Source: Gnetum montanum (Eukaryota > Plantae > Gnetophyta). Taken from it: DNA of 64,000 bases. Under the pieces are notes generated by a model, which did not search any database, had not been told where the DNA came from, and saw only the letters and a list, made by a program, of their open reading frames with translations. The stretch covers positions 335,866 through 399,865 of the forward strand of contig MNCI01000312.1 of assembly GCA_015680685.1 (NCBI GenBank), written 5' to 3'. The position numbers were made by a program, and so were the translations under genes. Of this stretch, positions 1 to 11,800 are shown one piece after another (positions within the stretch are counted from its first letter, which is position 1; each line of letters starts with the position of its first letter).

Positions 1-530
1 ACTAATCGCGATAAGTAACCGATTCCTTAAGTAGCCGTACACACCCGTAGATGCTCGTAGTCAAGTCGTACTTACACCGCGCTATGAAAACAATAAATAA
101 CATGAAATAAATAACAATAAATAAACTAAGTGAATGCTTCAATGATGAAGTAATTTCGATCTTTATTGCCGATCATGTGCATGTCCAAGTATGGCACACT
201 CAAATAAAGACACCGTATAATCACATTCACCACACTGCGGGCAGACACAGGAAAATTCTAACTCTGGAGGGATCAAACTGCCAGACCTTCGCTACACTAA
301 AACTGGGATGTGAAATGAGGGAGAGCCGCCTCTTATTTATAGAAAATGCGGTTGACTGCGATATCGCGTACGCGATATCGCAGCCCTTGCGATATCGCGA
401 CTCTGATACGACAGGGTGGTGATATCATGGCAACTGATATGATACAACAGGGTGGTGATATCCCAGCGACTGATACAACAGGGCTGTGATATCACGACTA
501 TCAGCACTATGAGCAATTCAGGTCTCATCA
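1..530 (-). mobile_element. Athila-like family A LTR, partial (cut by the window start)
   Basis: Reverse complement matches the LTRs at 49548 and 54799. It has the terminus TGATGAG at 530, GCGATATCGC arrays and a TATA-like CTATAAATAAGAGG near 326-341. Confidence 0.85.
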
Positions 531-1179
531 GTAACCATGACTTGAATTGATTTTGTTTTGTTGAAATTCACTATCCAAGTAATCTAGAAGACCTCAAGTT
601 ACCATATGTCAGCCTAGAAATGTCAGTTCAACAAAATAGGCAATTTGGTCTTCTTAATTCTTAAAAAATCAACTTCATTTTTAAACCCTAAGACTATGGC
701 CAATATGTAGTAATCATTGAGATGATTCCAACGATATAAATTTTGTCTTGATCGAACTTATGGTTCGAGAGATATTAATGTTTAAAGTTTCTTGTTTTGT
801 GTGCATTTAAATAATATTAAATTATTAAATTATTATTTTAATTTATAAAAAAAGTCAACATTTAAGGGTCAAGAATTAAACTTGGAATCACTGTTTATTC
901 ATACCAAACCTCCACCTTGTCATTGGTCGAACTACCACATCAATTGTCGAGGCAAGGAGAATAAAATAATAATAAAAAGTTAACAAAATCTCTAGAATAT
1001 TTATCAAGTGGGAGGTTATGGGTTCAAATGATAATATATTTATTATTCTGCCTCCTCTCTAGCATGTGTTGCTGCCTTTGTACATGCCCACATTGTTTTC
1101 CTCCTTGTTGCTTGTTGTTTTTGCTATAGAAACCCTTGCTGCATTTTTTGTAGCTATTGTTGGCTACGCTACTTCTACC

Positions 1180-1345
1180 CAACAATGCCATGGATCATCA
1201 CCTTCCATGCCATTGATCATTGCCTCCCATGCCACCGATCATCGCCTCTCATGTTGCAGATCATCACCTCTGGTGCCATTGATCATCATCTCTCATGCCA
1301 GCAGTCATTACCTCTTGCATTGCTAATCATCGCCTCCCTCCTCTA
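1180..1345. repeat. Degenerate tandem repeat, unit about 21 bp (GATCATCGCCTCCCATGCC-like), about 7 copies
   Basis: Repeated gatcat(c/t)(a/g)cctc...atgcc units are visible directly. Confidence 0.7.
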
Positions 1346-1407
1346 GCATAAAAAAATCCCTAGTGCGGTGCGCACTAGAGGAAAAAAAAAGAAAAAAAAA
1401 ACCTTGT

Positions 1408-3088
1408 TGAAACACCACCAAATTTGGACTTCGGCATCCTGCAAATTTTGGAAAAGTGTGGAAACTACACTTAACCCCTCTACAGAGTGTAGAGAGCATA
1501 GTAAGTTGGAGGGAAAAAATCTTGAAATTTTGCCTAAGTGTTAAGACTACACTCTTCCCCAAGCGCATTGGTTAAGAGCATAGTCAGCCTCTTGTGGAGA
1601 GTGTAGTTAGCAGAAGGTCAGTTTTCACAAATTTTGGCTAAGTGTTGAGACTATGTTCTCCCGTCAGATGGGAGCATAGTTAGCCTCTTATAGAGAGCAT
1701 AGTCTATAGGAAGGCTAGTTTTGCAAATTTTTTCTAAGTGTTGACACTATGCTCTCCCTCAGATTGGAGTGTAGTTAGCCTCTTGTAGAGAGCATAGTTA
1801 GCAGGAAGGCCAGTTTTCTCAAATTTTTTCTAAGTATTGACACTACAGTCACCCCTAGTTAGGAGTGTAGTCAGCCTCTCATGGAGAGCGTACTCTGCAA
1901 AAAAATCTATTTTCCTCATAGATTTCACTGACAATAAGACTATATTCTCCCCCAACCTAGAGCATAGTTAGCCTCTTGTAGAGAGCATAGTCAGCCAGAA
2001 CAATCTTCAGTAGCCTTCATAGCGTAGCAATGATGCTCAGATTAGCTCCAGAATGCAATCACCTCACCTTCGGCAAACATAGTCGACAAAATATTTCTTT
2101 CTTGTTGATCTTTTTGCCCCAAAATTATAACTACGCTTGATCCCATGCAAGACTATGGAGAGCATAGTATCACGGAGTGTAGTCTTTGGCTTTCATTTTT
2201 CACAGAGTGTAGTCTTCTTAGCACACACATGCAATTGGTAGCATAGTCACAGTCTCACAGTCTAGAAGAGCATAGTAAAGCACAACACCACTAGCCCCAT
2301 CGCTACACCACATGAATAGTGATTATGTTGAACATAGTCACATCCATCCCCTTAGCCATGTGGTAGTCATCCCGCATTTTTCACTAACCCTAAACCTATA
2401 AATGCTTATGCCCTCAAAGTTTTTAGGGTTGAAAAATCTAAGGAGCACGTGGGAGAAAACCAAAGGCATAGTGGCGAATTGGCGAATAGGTGAAGTGGCA
2501 GACCACTAGTAGAACACCATGGTAGCCAACCTAGTAGCAATAGATACCTCGACAGAACACCAATCTTCATGGCTAGACACCCTAGGGACTGTGTCTACAC
2601 TATCCACCTATGTCTACTATACACCACGTACATTCTAAATCCCCTATGGTGTTAACTATGCTCAACCCCATTTTGGGTGGTATTCTGCTCCATGCTCTCA
2701 ATTTCTTTGCATTTTTCACACTTTATTTGCATTTTTTGTAGTCTTTACTATGTAAACACATTTGAACCATGCTCAGGCAATGTTCCTTAGGCGTTGATAC
2801 CATTTTCCTTTCTGAAACTCTTAACTACGCTCGTCCCCCCTCAGGCACCTGTAACTACACTTGATCCCACTAACATCGCAAACACCACCTGTACTCTCAG
2901 CACTGTCTCACATTAGCATTGTAGCTAACCATGCTACACCTCCATTACATTTGGTAATTTCCTATTCGATTGGCTAGACCATTTAGGCACCCCAACTCTA
3001 CCTCCAATAGGCCCTCACATAGATTCAGGGTTAGGTTGTGCCCCCGTGAACCTCAGTGTTCTAGCCATCAACATTTTTAGTCATCATA
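1408..3088 (+). repeat. 5' LTR of B-outer
   Basis: Begins TGAAACACCACC and is the reverse-complement homologue of 4572-6324 and 25464-27339. It ends TA where the other copies end CA, immediately before a PBS. Confidence 0.85.
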
Positions 3089-3093
3089 GTTTC

Positions 3094-3110
3094 TAGCACT
3101 AGAAGGAGGG
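3094..3110 (+). other. Primer binding site, tRNA-Asn type (TAGCACTAGAAGGAGGG)
   Basis: Transition variant of TGGCGCTAGAAGGAGGG, which from recall is complementary to the 3' end of plant cytosolic tRNA-Asn. The same motif occurs at 25442-25458 and 48988-49004. Confidence 0.75.
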
Positions 3111-3593
3111 CCTAAACCACTTTTTCCACCAACATAGACCATAAAACCCCTGTGGACCTATTGCATGTGTAGTAGTAGCTGGATCATAGGCCAACATAGA
3201 CGTTGTCTACTAAGTTATCAGTATAGATTAGACCCCATAGTTGGCCCCCTTGAGACCCTGTGTAGCAATCCAAATCACATTCGTTTCCATTGTTGCTAAG
3301 TTCTTGTTCTCTTTAGTTGAAGCATAATCATCTCTAATGTAGTTAGCATAGTTTTCTCTCTGATGTAGAGAGCGTAGTTTACTCTTTGGTGTGGAGAGCA
3401 TAGTTAGTGTAGTCCACTCTTTGGCATGGAGAGCATAGTCAACATAATATGCTCTTTGGTGTAGAGAGTGTAGTCAATGGTGTTAGCTGGGATAGAGTCA
3501 GTTTCAGTGTAGTCCATAGTATTTCTCAACTAAAAAACCATGCAGTCCCCTTTTACAACTCGATCTATGCCTATGAACCCAAATCAACCTTCA

Positions 3594-4571
3594 ATGTCAG
3601 TCTCGAACACACTTAACGTATTGCCCATCCAATAGGAGACCAAGATTGACACCCTTGGGAGTTTCGTGATGCCAAAACAAAGGCAATCCCTTAGGTTGAA
3701 TAGTCAATACCTAGAATACACCACACTAAGCAACGAGTAGTACAACTTCATATGTAGGAAGATTTAAGTAGGATTATTTGTAGGTTGCTCTAACATGGAG
3801 GAAAAATGAAACTATGAGCTGATTCATCGGGATGGACAAGAGTATATGTCCTCCTCATTAGTTGTTAGCCCAGCTCATTTGACCAAGTGAGCACAACGCA
3901 GGGACAGACTACAATAGAGTCCTACAAGATGAAGGGGATGAGTTTAAAGTTTACTCTGAGCATGAGGGCTCTATCCACACCATATTTCAATGAGTGATCC
4001 CTAGTTTGGCCCCTCAGTCTAGTTCACTTTTTCTCTTTGAGATGGTCATAATACTAGCATCACCTTTTCACTCTGCCAAACCTAGATCAATGCTTGTAAT
4101 AGCAACACACTAGACACAACACACACATTATGATGTGATAGATTCCTTTGACTTGCCCTTTGTGGCATCATTGCAACCCACTCAACCATCTCTACATGTA
4201 GCAACTACACTTGCTCAGCCATATGTCTACATAGGGCTTGTCTTTAGGCCTTGAATGACTTAGGCACCCTACATCCTTCCTATTTCATCGGCATCCCTGA
4301 CATTAGACCAACCTACATGTGTGTTGCTTGCCCTAATTATCATCCCTATAGCACAGCCAATACATCAAGTGCATTATGTGGTTTTGCAACTTGCCATTAG
4401 GCCATGGGCCATACAACTAGCACAGTAGATATCACAACTAGCACAGCTAGCTAGAGCATCTCAGAACTTAGACTAGGTGTCCCAGATGATCCAAAGTTTG
4501 AAAAAAAAGAGGTGAAGCGACTTAGAGCTATGTTGTTTGAAATTGTTAAAGTGGTGGACTTCTACCAAGAT
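3594..4571 (+). pseudogene. gag: gag N-terminal part of B-outer (degenerate)
   Basis: Homologous to the B3 gag start at 38728 and to 24837-25040 (-). Ends ...VVDFYQD at the insertion point. Confidence 0.75.
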
Positions 4572-6324
4572 TGTAGCAACTGAAAATGTTGACGACTGGA
4601 ACACTGAGGTCCACAAGCACACAGTCTAAACTGAAATCTATGTGAGGGCCTATTGAAGGTAATATGGGATGCCTTAAATGATTTGGCTAATTGAATAGGG
4701 ATTTACTAGATGTGATGGGGTTGTAGTATGGTTAATTGCAGTGCTGATGCAAAATGATGCTAAGTCTTCAAGCAATGTCAATGGTTTTAGTGGGGTCGAG
4801 TATAGTTAATATTTTTGATGAAAATAAAGGTGTCTACATGTAGAGACCGCCACCCAAGCATAGTTTTAGGTGTGGCTATGTAGTGAAATAGTGGAAAATG
4901 CAAACAAAATGCAAAAAATGCAAAGAGAAAGAGAGAGAATTGGAAGACCATCCCAAACAAGGTTGAGCATAGTTAACACCAAAAGGGGTTAGAAGGTACA
5001 TGGTGTACAATAGTCACAATGGATAACATAGTCACAATCTCAGGGGTGTTTGTCACAAAGATTAGCTTTTTGTTGAGGTGTCTATATTTGCCAGGTTGGT
5101 CAGCATGGTGTACCATTAGTTGCAGTGTTCTCTGGACTGTGGTGGGCTGTAGTGGTCTACAACTTTGCCAATATGCCTTTGGTTCTCTCCCAAGTTCTCC
5201 TTAGGTTTGCTAAGACTCTAGTTTACTAATTTGTGAACTCTAGAATTTGCCAACCTAGATTTTTGCCAACCCTAAAAATATTGAGGATGAGGGTATTTAT
5301 AGGCCTAGGGTTAGCATGAAATGTAGGATGGTCACCACGTGGTAGAGGGGATGGTTGGGACTACACTATCACTTAACTATGCTCTCCACTAGGTTGGTGG
5401 TGTTGTACTTTGTTGTGCTCTACTGGACTCTATGAGATTGTGACTACATTGCTAATTGCATGTGTGCGCCGAGAAGATTGTAAGGTACCTAAAAAATGTA
5501 GTTTTGGAGACTACACTCTGGGACTATGTTCTTCACACTCTTATGTGGGGTCAAGCATAGTTACAATTTTGGGGCCAAAAAGGAATACAAAACGATGCAT
5601 TTTGCTATCTATGCTTGTTGAAGGTGAGTTGGAGCTAAGCTGAGTGATGTTGTTGTGTGGTGGAGGCTATTCTTGTTGAATACACTTGACTACACTCTAG
5701 ACTGGGAGAGAGCATAGTTCCATACTTAGAAAAAATTTGTGAAACTTGGCCTTCATGTTGACTACACTCTCTATTGGAGGCTAACTATGCTCTAGTTCAG
5801 TGAAGAGCATAGTTCCAATAGTTAGAAGAATCTATAGAAACTTCCTTCCATGTTGACTATGCTCTCCATGAGAGGTTGACTATGCTTTGAGGCACTAGAG
5901 AGTGTAGTTCTAGCACTTAGAAAGATTTGTAATAACTGGCTTTGTGCTAACACTTAGAAAAAATTGCAAAACTAGCCTTCATGTTGACTACACTCTCCAC
6001 GAGAGGTTGACTACACTTTGAGACAATGGAGAGCATAGTCTGAGCACTTAGAAAAATTTACAACAACTGGCTTTGTGTTGACACTTAGAAAAAATTGCAA
6101 AATTGGCCTTTGTGCTAACTATTCTCTCTACAAGACGCTAACTACACTCTCCATTGGGGATGATCATAGTCTCAGCACTTAGAAAAAATTGCAAAAACTA
6201 GCTTTTATGCTGACTACACTCTCCACAAGAGGTTGACTATGCTCCCTACTAGGGTTGAGCATAGTCTCAACACTTAGCCAAAACTACGGTCAAGATGTCA
6301 TAGTCCGAATTTGGTGGTGTTTTA
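4572..6324 (-). repeat. 3' LTR of B-inner
   Basis: Direct repeat of 25464-27339. On the minus strand it is preceded by the purine tract AAAGAAGAGCCAA (6325-6338). Confidence 0.88.
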
Positions 6325-7529
6325 TTGGCTCTTCTTTGTTAATGTCTGGAGGAGTGGCTTGAGAGACGTCAACAAAGAATAGCAAAACACCATAGTAGAC
6401 ATGGCACAAACATCGCTCTTCAGTGAATGATTAGATGTTGTTACACTGTGTTTAAGAGTGTTGTGGATAGTGGTATGCTAACTAGTAAGTGAGAAGTGGG
6501 AGTAAAAGGTGTAGGTGATGTGCTAGGGATAAAAGGAGAGATGAAGCATAAACAAGATGTTATTATGCAAGGACATTAAGGTTGACGGTGACCATGGCAC
6601 CAGAGTGGCTTACCTTGAAAATGTTGATCTCTCATCAGAGTGCTTGTGAAAGAGTAAAGGTGTATGTTCAAGGCTAAGCCAGCTATGGAACTGCTTTGCT
6701 ACTAGATTTCTTAATGACATGCTTCCCCCCCACCCTTTTTTGCGGGGCGAACCTTCTTTGGACTTTGCACTTTGCTAAATGTTTGCTATGAAGTGAAATG
6801 CTTTCCATCAAGTGAGTTGTGTATCACTAGATGGGCTTTTCTTTGTCATTGACAAAACTACATGGCATTTGTACAGTAAGTGTTTCCTCCCTAGGATGAC
6901 TTATGTTATTTTTGCCTAGGCTTTGACTAGTTGATAGAGGCTTCCCATGGGATGAATTATGTTACATCCACCTTGGGAAGCTGACATTTGATGTTAGATG
7001 TAAAGAGGATGCCATGTATTCATAACACATGAGCATAAAAAGGGTTTGTCAGCTTTTCTATGAGAAGAATAAAAGGGTTTCTAGATATAGGAGTAGGTTT
7101 ATAGGCTATAACAAGATGAGGGGGATGTGCACTCTTGAGAGGCTTAGCTTGTCCTATCATGCACATTGGAGCGATGTGGTGATTTGCCATTGTGATGAGA
7201 GGTGCCTTTGCATGATGACCTGGGGCTTTGTCTTGCAAACACAACTTTGAGAAGATAAGAAAATCATACAAGACAAAAAATGCCAAAAAAAATATAGGGG
7301 GTGAAGATGCTACAAGTGCTCCAAATGTTGCCCCTATTGCAAGTGCTCAAAATGCCAGAAAAATTACAGTGGGCAAAGATGTTACAAGTGCTCCAAAGGC
7401 TACCCCCATTGTAAGTGCTCCATTCTAGGCTATAGCATACTTGCCCATGTGGTATAGAAGGGGGCCAAGGATTATGCTTACTCACTCACTTGTAGGAGGA
7501 TGAAAGGAATTATTATTGGTTGGTCGTGA

Positions 7530-8150
7530 ACCTAGTTTAAGGTCTTGGTAGACCGTGGCCTTACTAGTTTAAGGTTCTAATAGACCATGCTATGCTAGTT
7601 TATAGTCCTAATGGACTGCATTGTGCCAATTTAACATTCTGACCTAAGGACAAGCTATGCCAATTTAGTGTCATAGCTAATGAATGCTATGCTAGTTTAA
7701 CATTATAGCAGATAAGTTGTTCTAGTACAACGTTGTAACAGATGGACTGTGCCAGTTTAACATCATAATGGATGAATGCTATGCTAGTTTAGCATCATAG
7801 TGGATTAATGTTATGCCAGTTTAGCATAATAGCAAATGAATGCTATGCAAGTTTAGCATCATAGCATATGAGTGTTGTGCCAGTTTAGCATCATAGTGGG
7901 TGAACTGTTAGTTTAACGTTGTAGCAGATGAATGATTTGCTAGTTTAATGTCATAGTGGATGAATTGTATGTGTGTGTGTGCTATAGTCTAACATTGTAG
8001 CGGAAAAATGCTTTGCCAGTTTACCATCGTAGCAAATGAGCTGTGCCAGTTTAACATCATAGCAAATGAATGCTTTGCTAGTTTAACATTGTAGTGGATG
8101 AATGTTTTGCTAGTTTAACATCATAGTAGATGAATTTTGTGTGTTGCTAT
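7530..8150. repeat. Tandem array, unit about 35-36 bp (GAATGCTATGCCAGTTTAGCATCATAGCAGAT-like), in the 3' region of B-inner
   Basis: About 15 degenerate units are visible. Tandem arrays in the 3' non-coding region are typical of Tat/Ogre elements. Confidence 0.85.
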
Positions 8151-8380
8151 AGGGATCTCGATAAGGGAATCTTCCATGATGTCCCTTGTCTTTAGATCGA
8201 GAGCCTTAACTAAATGGTTAGGCTAGTCTAGTGGTGCTTCTATGGATGCTATGTACTCGTTGTAGGTTGTAGGCTCAAGGTCTAGGCAATGAGGGTTAAT
8301 GCATATAATTGAATGTCACCATGAAGCCTCATGAGGACCAACGGGGAGAAGATTTGCTCTTGCATAGCCATGTCATGTTC
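8150..8380 (-). pseudogene. Start of the pol (RT) exon of B-inner, truncated by deletion into the tandem array
   Basis: Translates ...DLEPTTYNEYIASIEAPLD*PNHLVKALDL..., homologous to 36489-36630, which runs on into RT. Confidence 0.8.
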
Positions 8381-8865
8381 TTGCAAAAATAAACCAAAAA
8401 AATGTCAGGTGGCACCTATTTTAACAAAGTTAATATGCATAAAATGGAAAAGGTAGTCCAATGAAATTTGCCCAAGTATGCATGCAAGTTGTTATGGAAG
8501 GCAAAAATTTTGACACTAGTTTGAGGCCTTAGTAGGCTAGGAATGTGCTAAACATGTTGTTTCAGGGAGGTTCAGTCATGCCTAGGAGTGGAACTAACTC
8601 ATGAATTTTTAGGGCAATGAAAAATCATGGTTTTTGGGCTATGTATGGTTGACTAAACTATCATCCAACTACACTCTCCATTGGTTATTTAGTGTGGAGC
8701 GTAGTTCCAGGTTGGTGGATCATTAAATGACCCTAGGAGGGTATATTGGTGGTTTTTTATCATGGTAACTTGTCATTTTTTCCATTTTATTGCAAAATTG
8801 GGAGTGTAGTCTTGTTGCTACTTCTGCCATCATTGTCAATGAAGAGTGTAGTTAGTAAAAAGGTG

Positions 8866-11800
8866 ATGCATTAGAGTGGACGCCTTCACCCAAGGTTGGT
8901 GAACATTGTCGAGGAAGAGAGAGCATTTAGCCGCTTGCCATAGGTGCCTGTGGAGGAGAGGAGGCCATCTATGTCAGCTAGGTACATTGACTATGCTCTC
9001 CCCATTTTTCTATTTTCTGTTTGTTCTTATGATTTTTGGAGGGCTTGAGATTGTAGTCTCATGGTGTTGCCTTGTGTGCCCTACTATGGTAGTGGCCACC
9101 ATAGATACATGCCATTTGGGATGTGGTGTGATGATTGGGAGGGTGCAATGGTAGGGAGTCACTGCTTGGGAGGGTTTTTCCAGGTCATGGGATTTTGTTG
9201 GGCTATGGGGTTTTAGCATGTGTGGGGAGGAGGGGTTAGGGCCCTGTGCACATTGAGCACTGCGATGCAACTGCAAAGGCCAAGGCTGTCATCGCATGGT
9301 ACTATGTAGCTATAGGAATCGTGGCCATTATTTTTCTGAGGGGGGTCATGCATGGGTTGCACATGGAATGGGGTTTCGTGTAGGAATTTTGGGTTGTGCA
9401 GGGTTGTTTATGGCCATAGGGGCTATAATCATCATTGTGTGTCATACATGGCTGTTGGGGCTTGTAGCCTTGATCAATGGGATCTGTGCATCTATTTTGT
9501 TATTGTTGTATTTTTTGGGGGTAGTGGTAGAGGCCTAGCCTATCATAATGGTGGGGCAAAGTGGGTTGCTAGGTGTAGCATTATGGGAAGACTATGTTCT
9601 CCACAACCACGGGACTACACTCTCCACATGTGGAGGGTGTAGTTTGTAGGAAAAGTGCTTGGGAAAATGTATGATCTAGAGTTAGCCAAATTTTGCAATT
9701 TATTGTTTTTGGGACTACGCTCTCCACTGAGGTAGTTTGGAGTTAAAAAAAATTTTGTAGTTTTTGAACTATGCTCTCCATTGAGGTAGTCTAGAGTTAG
9801 TAAAAATTTTTCCAAAATGTTGTTAACTATGCATGATGCTAAACTTGCAAAATGTAGTGCTAAGCCTATAAAAACATGCTATACCCCAATGAGTTCCAGG
9901 CATGTTGAAAAAGTTAAGTGATGTCCTACACTCAAGGGGCCCTAGAGTATATTGCCAAAATTGCATTTCTATTAATTTATGCTAATAATTTATATTGTAT
10001 ATATCAAAATTTTGCATTTATGTGTACTAATGCTTTGCCTATTGCTTGTTAATTATAGGGTGTTGCTAAAGCCCATTCTGATAGTGATTGAGCTCATAGG
10101 TATCCTCTATTACATGAGTGAGCCTAGCCCTAACACACTTGCACTAGATATATGGGTGGACTATTAGATGATATGGTTTTAGCCAGGGTCTTGAGAGTTC
10201 CTAGAATAACTACTGCAATAGTTTAGTGTGATCATGTGGTCACACTTGGTAGTGGAGGTTGTTAGCGTACCTGGGGCTAATTGGGGCATCCTAAAGTGAA
10301 TCTTAGATGAGCTTGTTAATGATGTTGATGGGGGTGAGAGGCTTAGGTAGAGACCCCAAGAGTGCTCATCAGTTATCCAAAGTACGGCACATGATAGGGT
10401 TTGCTTATTATAATAAGAGCAACACCCTTTTATTATGCAGCAGTTGCATACCCTATTCCAGAACACACCTAGAATTACCTACTATGTTGGAGGGTAAGTG
10501 GTTCTATTACTCTCGTAGTATCTTGTGCTATTTTCCTGTATGAAGTTGCTAATAGTTCTATGGTCAATGCTAGGTTAAGACTTGATGAAGATGGCTTGCA
10601 TGATGATGTGGCTACTTTGGCCTTAACTCATATTGCCTTATAGGTGTTCTCCTCTAGCACAAATGTTTGGGTAGCCATGCTTGAGTATGTGGGGCATGAT
10701 TTGGAGGCTTACATCTCCTGGTACCTAAAGGCATATGAGCGATGTAGGACCAATGGTTGGTTGGATGAGGAGTGGGCTACTCGTGAGATTAACACTAAAG
10801 AGGTGTTTACATCACCATCCCCATCTCACACTTCGTTTGTATCATGTATGTATCTATGTTTTGGTTCATGTGGTTGCTTGTGTATGCCTTTCAATTTGCT
10901 TTATTTGCATGATGCTAACATTGTTTTACATTGTGTTGTAGCAATGATTGCCTTAGTTGAGGTGGTAGTGATCATCATGGACCACATAGAGGCCACCCTC
11001 ATCATGAAATATGGTAATGTAGAGGGTGCATGACACTAGTTGTGCCACAAAGTACAAGATGCACTGATGGCTTAGCTCATGCATGCTAGGTTAATGAACC
11101 TATTCTTAGCCCTTAGCTCAAGTATCCTGGTGGCTGAAATAGTTAGCATCATCAACTCCTTTAGTAGTGACGTCAGGCAATTGATCACCTGGGTGAGTGA
11201 TGTGATGATAGTATTAGACCTTAGTGAGGCCTTCTTTGTGGATATCTTCAACATTCCTACTGATGGCCCAATAATTGTCAGTAAGGCTAACAGGGAGGTG
11301 GACTTCCATGGAGAGATCAAGGATTGGTTGGGGGCCACTCAATCCCACAAGGGCATACTAATTAAAGATGTGCTAATGCTTGAGGTGCGGGAGCTCTACC
11401 CTTTGTTCCATGATCATGCCTTTCCAAAGTTACTTTCCCATGGAAAGATCCTAGGGGTGAATAGGCACAGGTGATAAAGGAGTTGTTGCTAGAGGGAATG
11501 AGGTTCAACTAGGTTGCATACATAGCCACTAGCCTACATGCGGTGATTTCTAGGCTACAATTCAACCTCTAGGTGAGGTGCCATGTCCATTTCGCATTCC
11601 TCGCAAGATACCTACGAAGGTTTGTGAAGATTTTGGTTGAACAAGATGATGGATGATGGGTAGTGTAGGATCATGAGTAGCTATCTAGGCCATGGATCAA
11701 GCATATGTTCTTGACCACACCTACATAGGACCCTCCTAGAGGAAATTGATGAGTCATTATTAGTAATGACGAAGGGTCCCATGGGGCACTTGCATTAGTC

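Noticed and set aside
531-546. PPT-like GTCATGG next to the first LTR, which would make it a 3' LTR
   Set aside because: The G-tract is missing and the adjoining DNA does not match the family A internal region, so this is probably chance.
1408-6324. Long inverted repeats suggesting a foldback or Mutator-like DNA transposon
   Set aside because: They are LTRs of two oppositely oriented nested retroelements, each with its own PBS or PPT, and a TSD at 4567-4571.
7530-8150. Regular ~36-bp repeats reminiscent of a CRISPR array
   Set aside because: There are no unique spacers and no cas genes, and the context is a eukaryotic retrotransposon. This is an ordinary tandem array.
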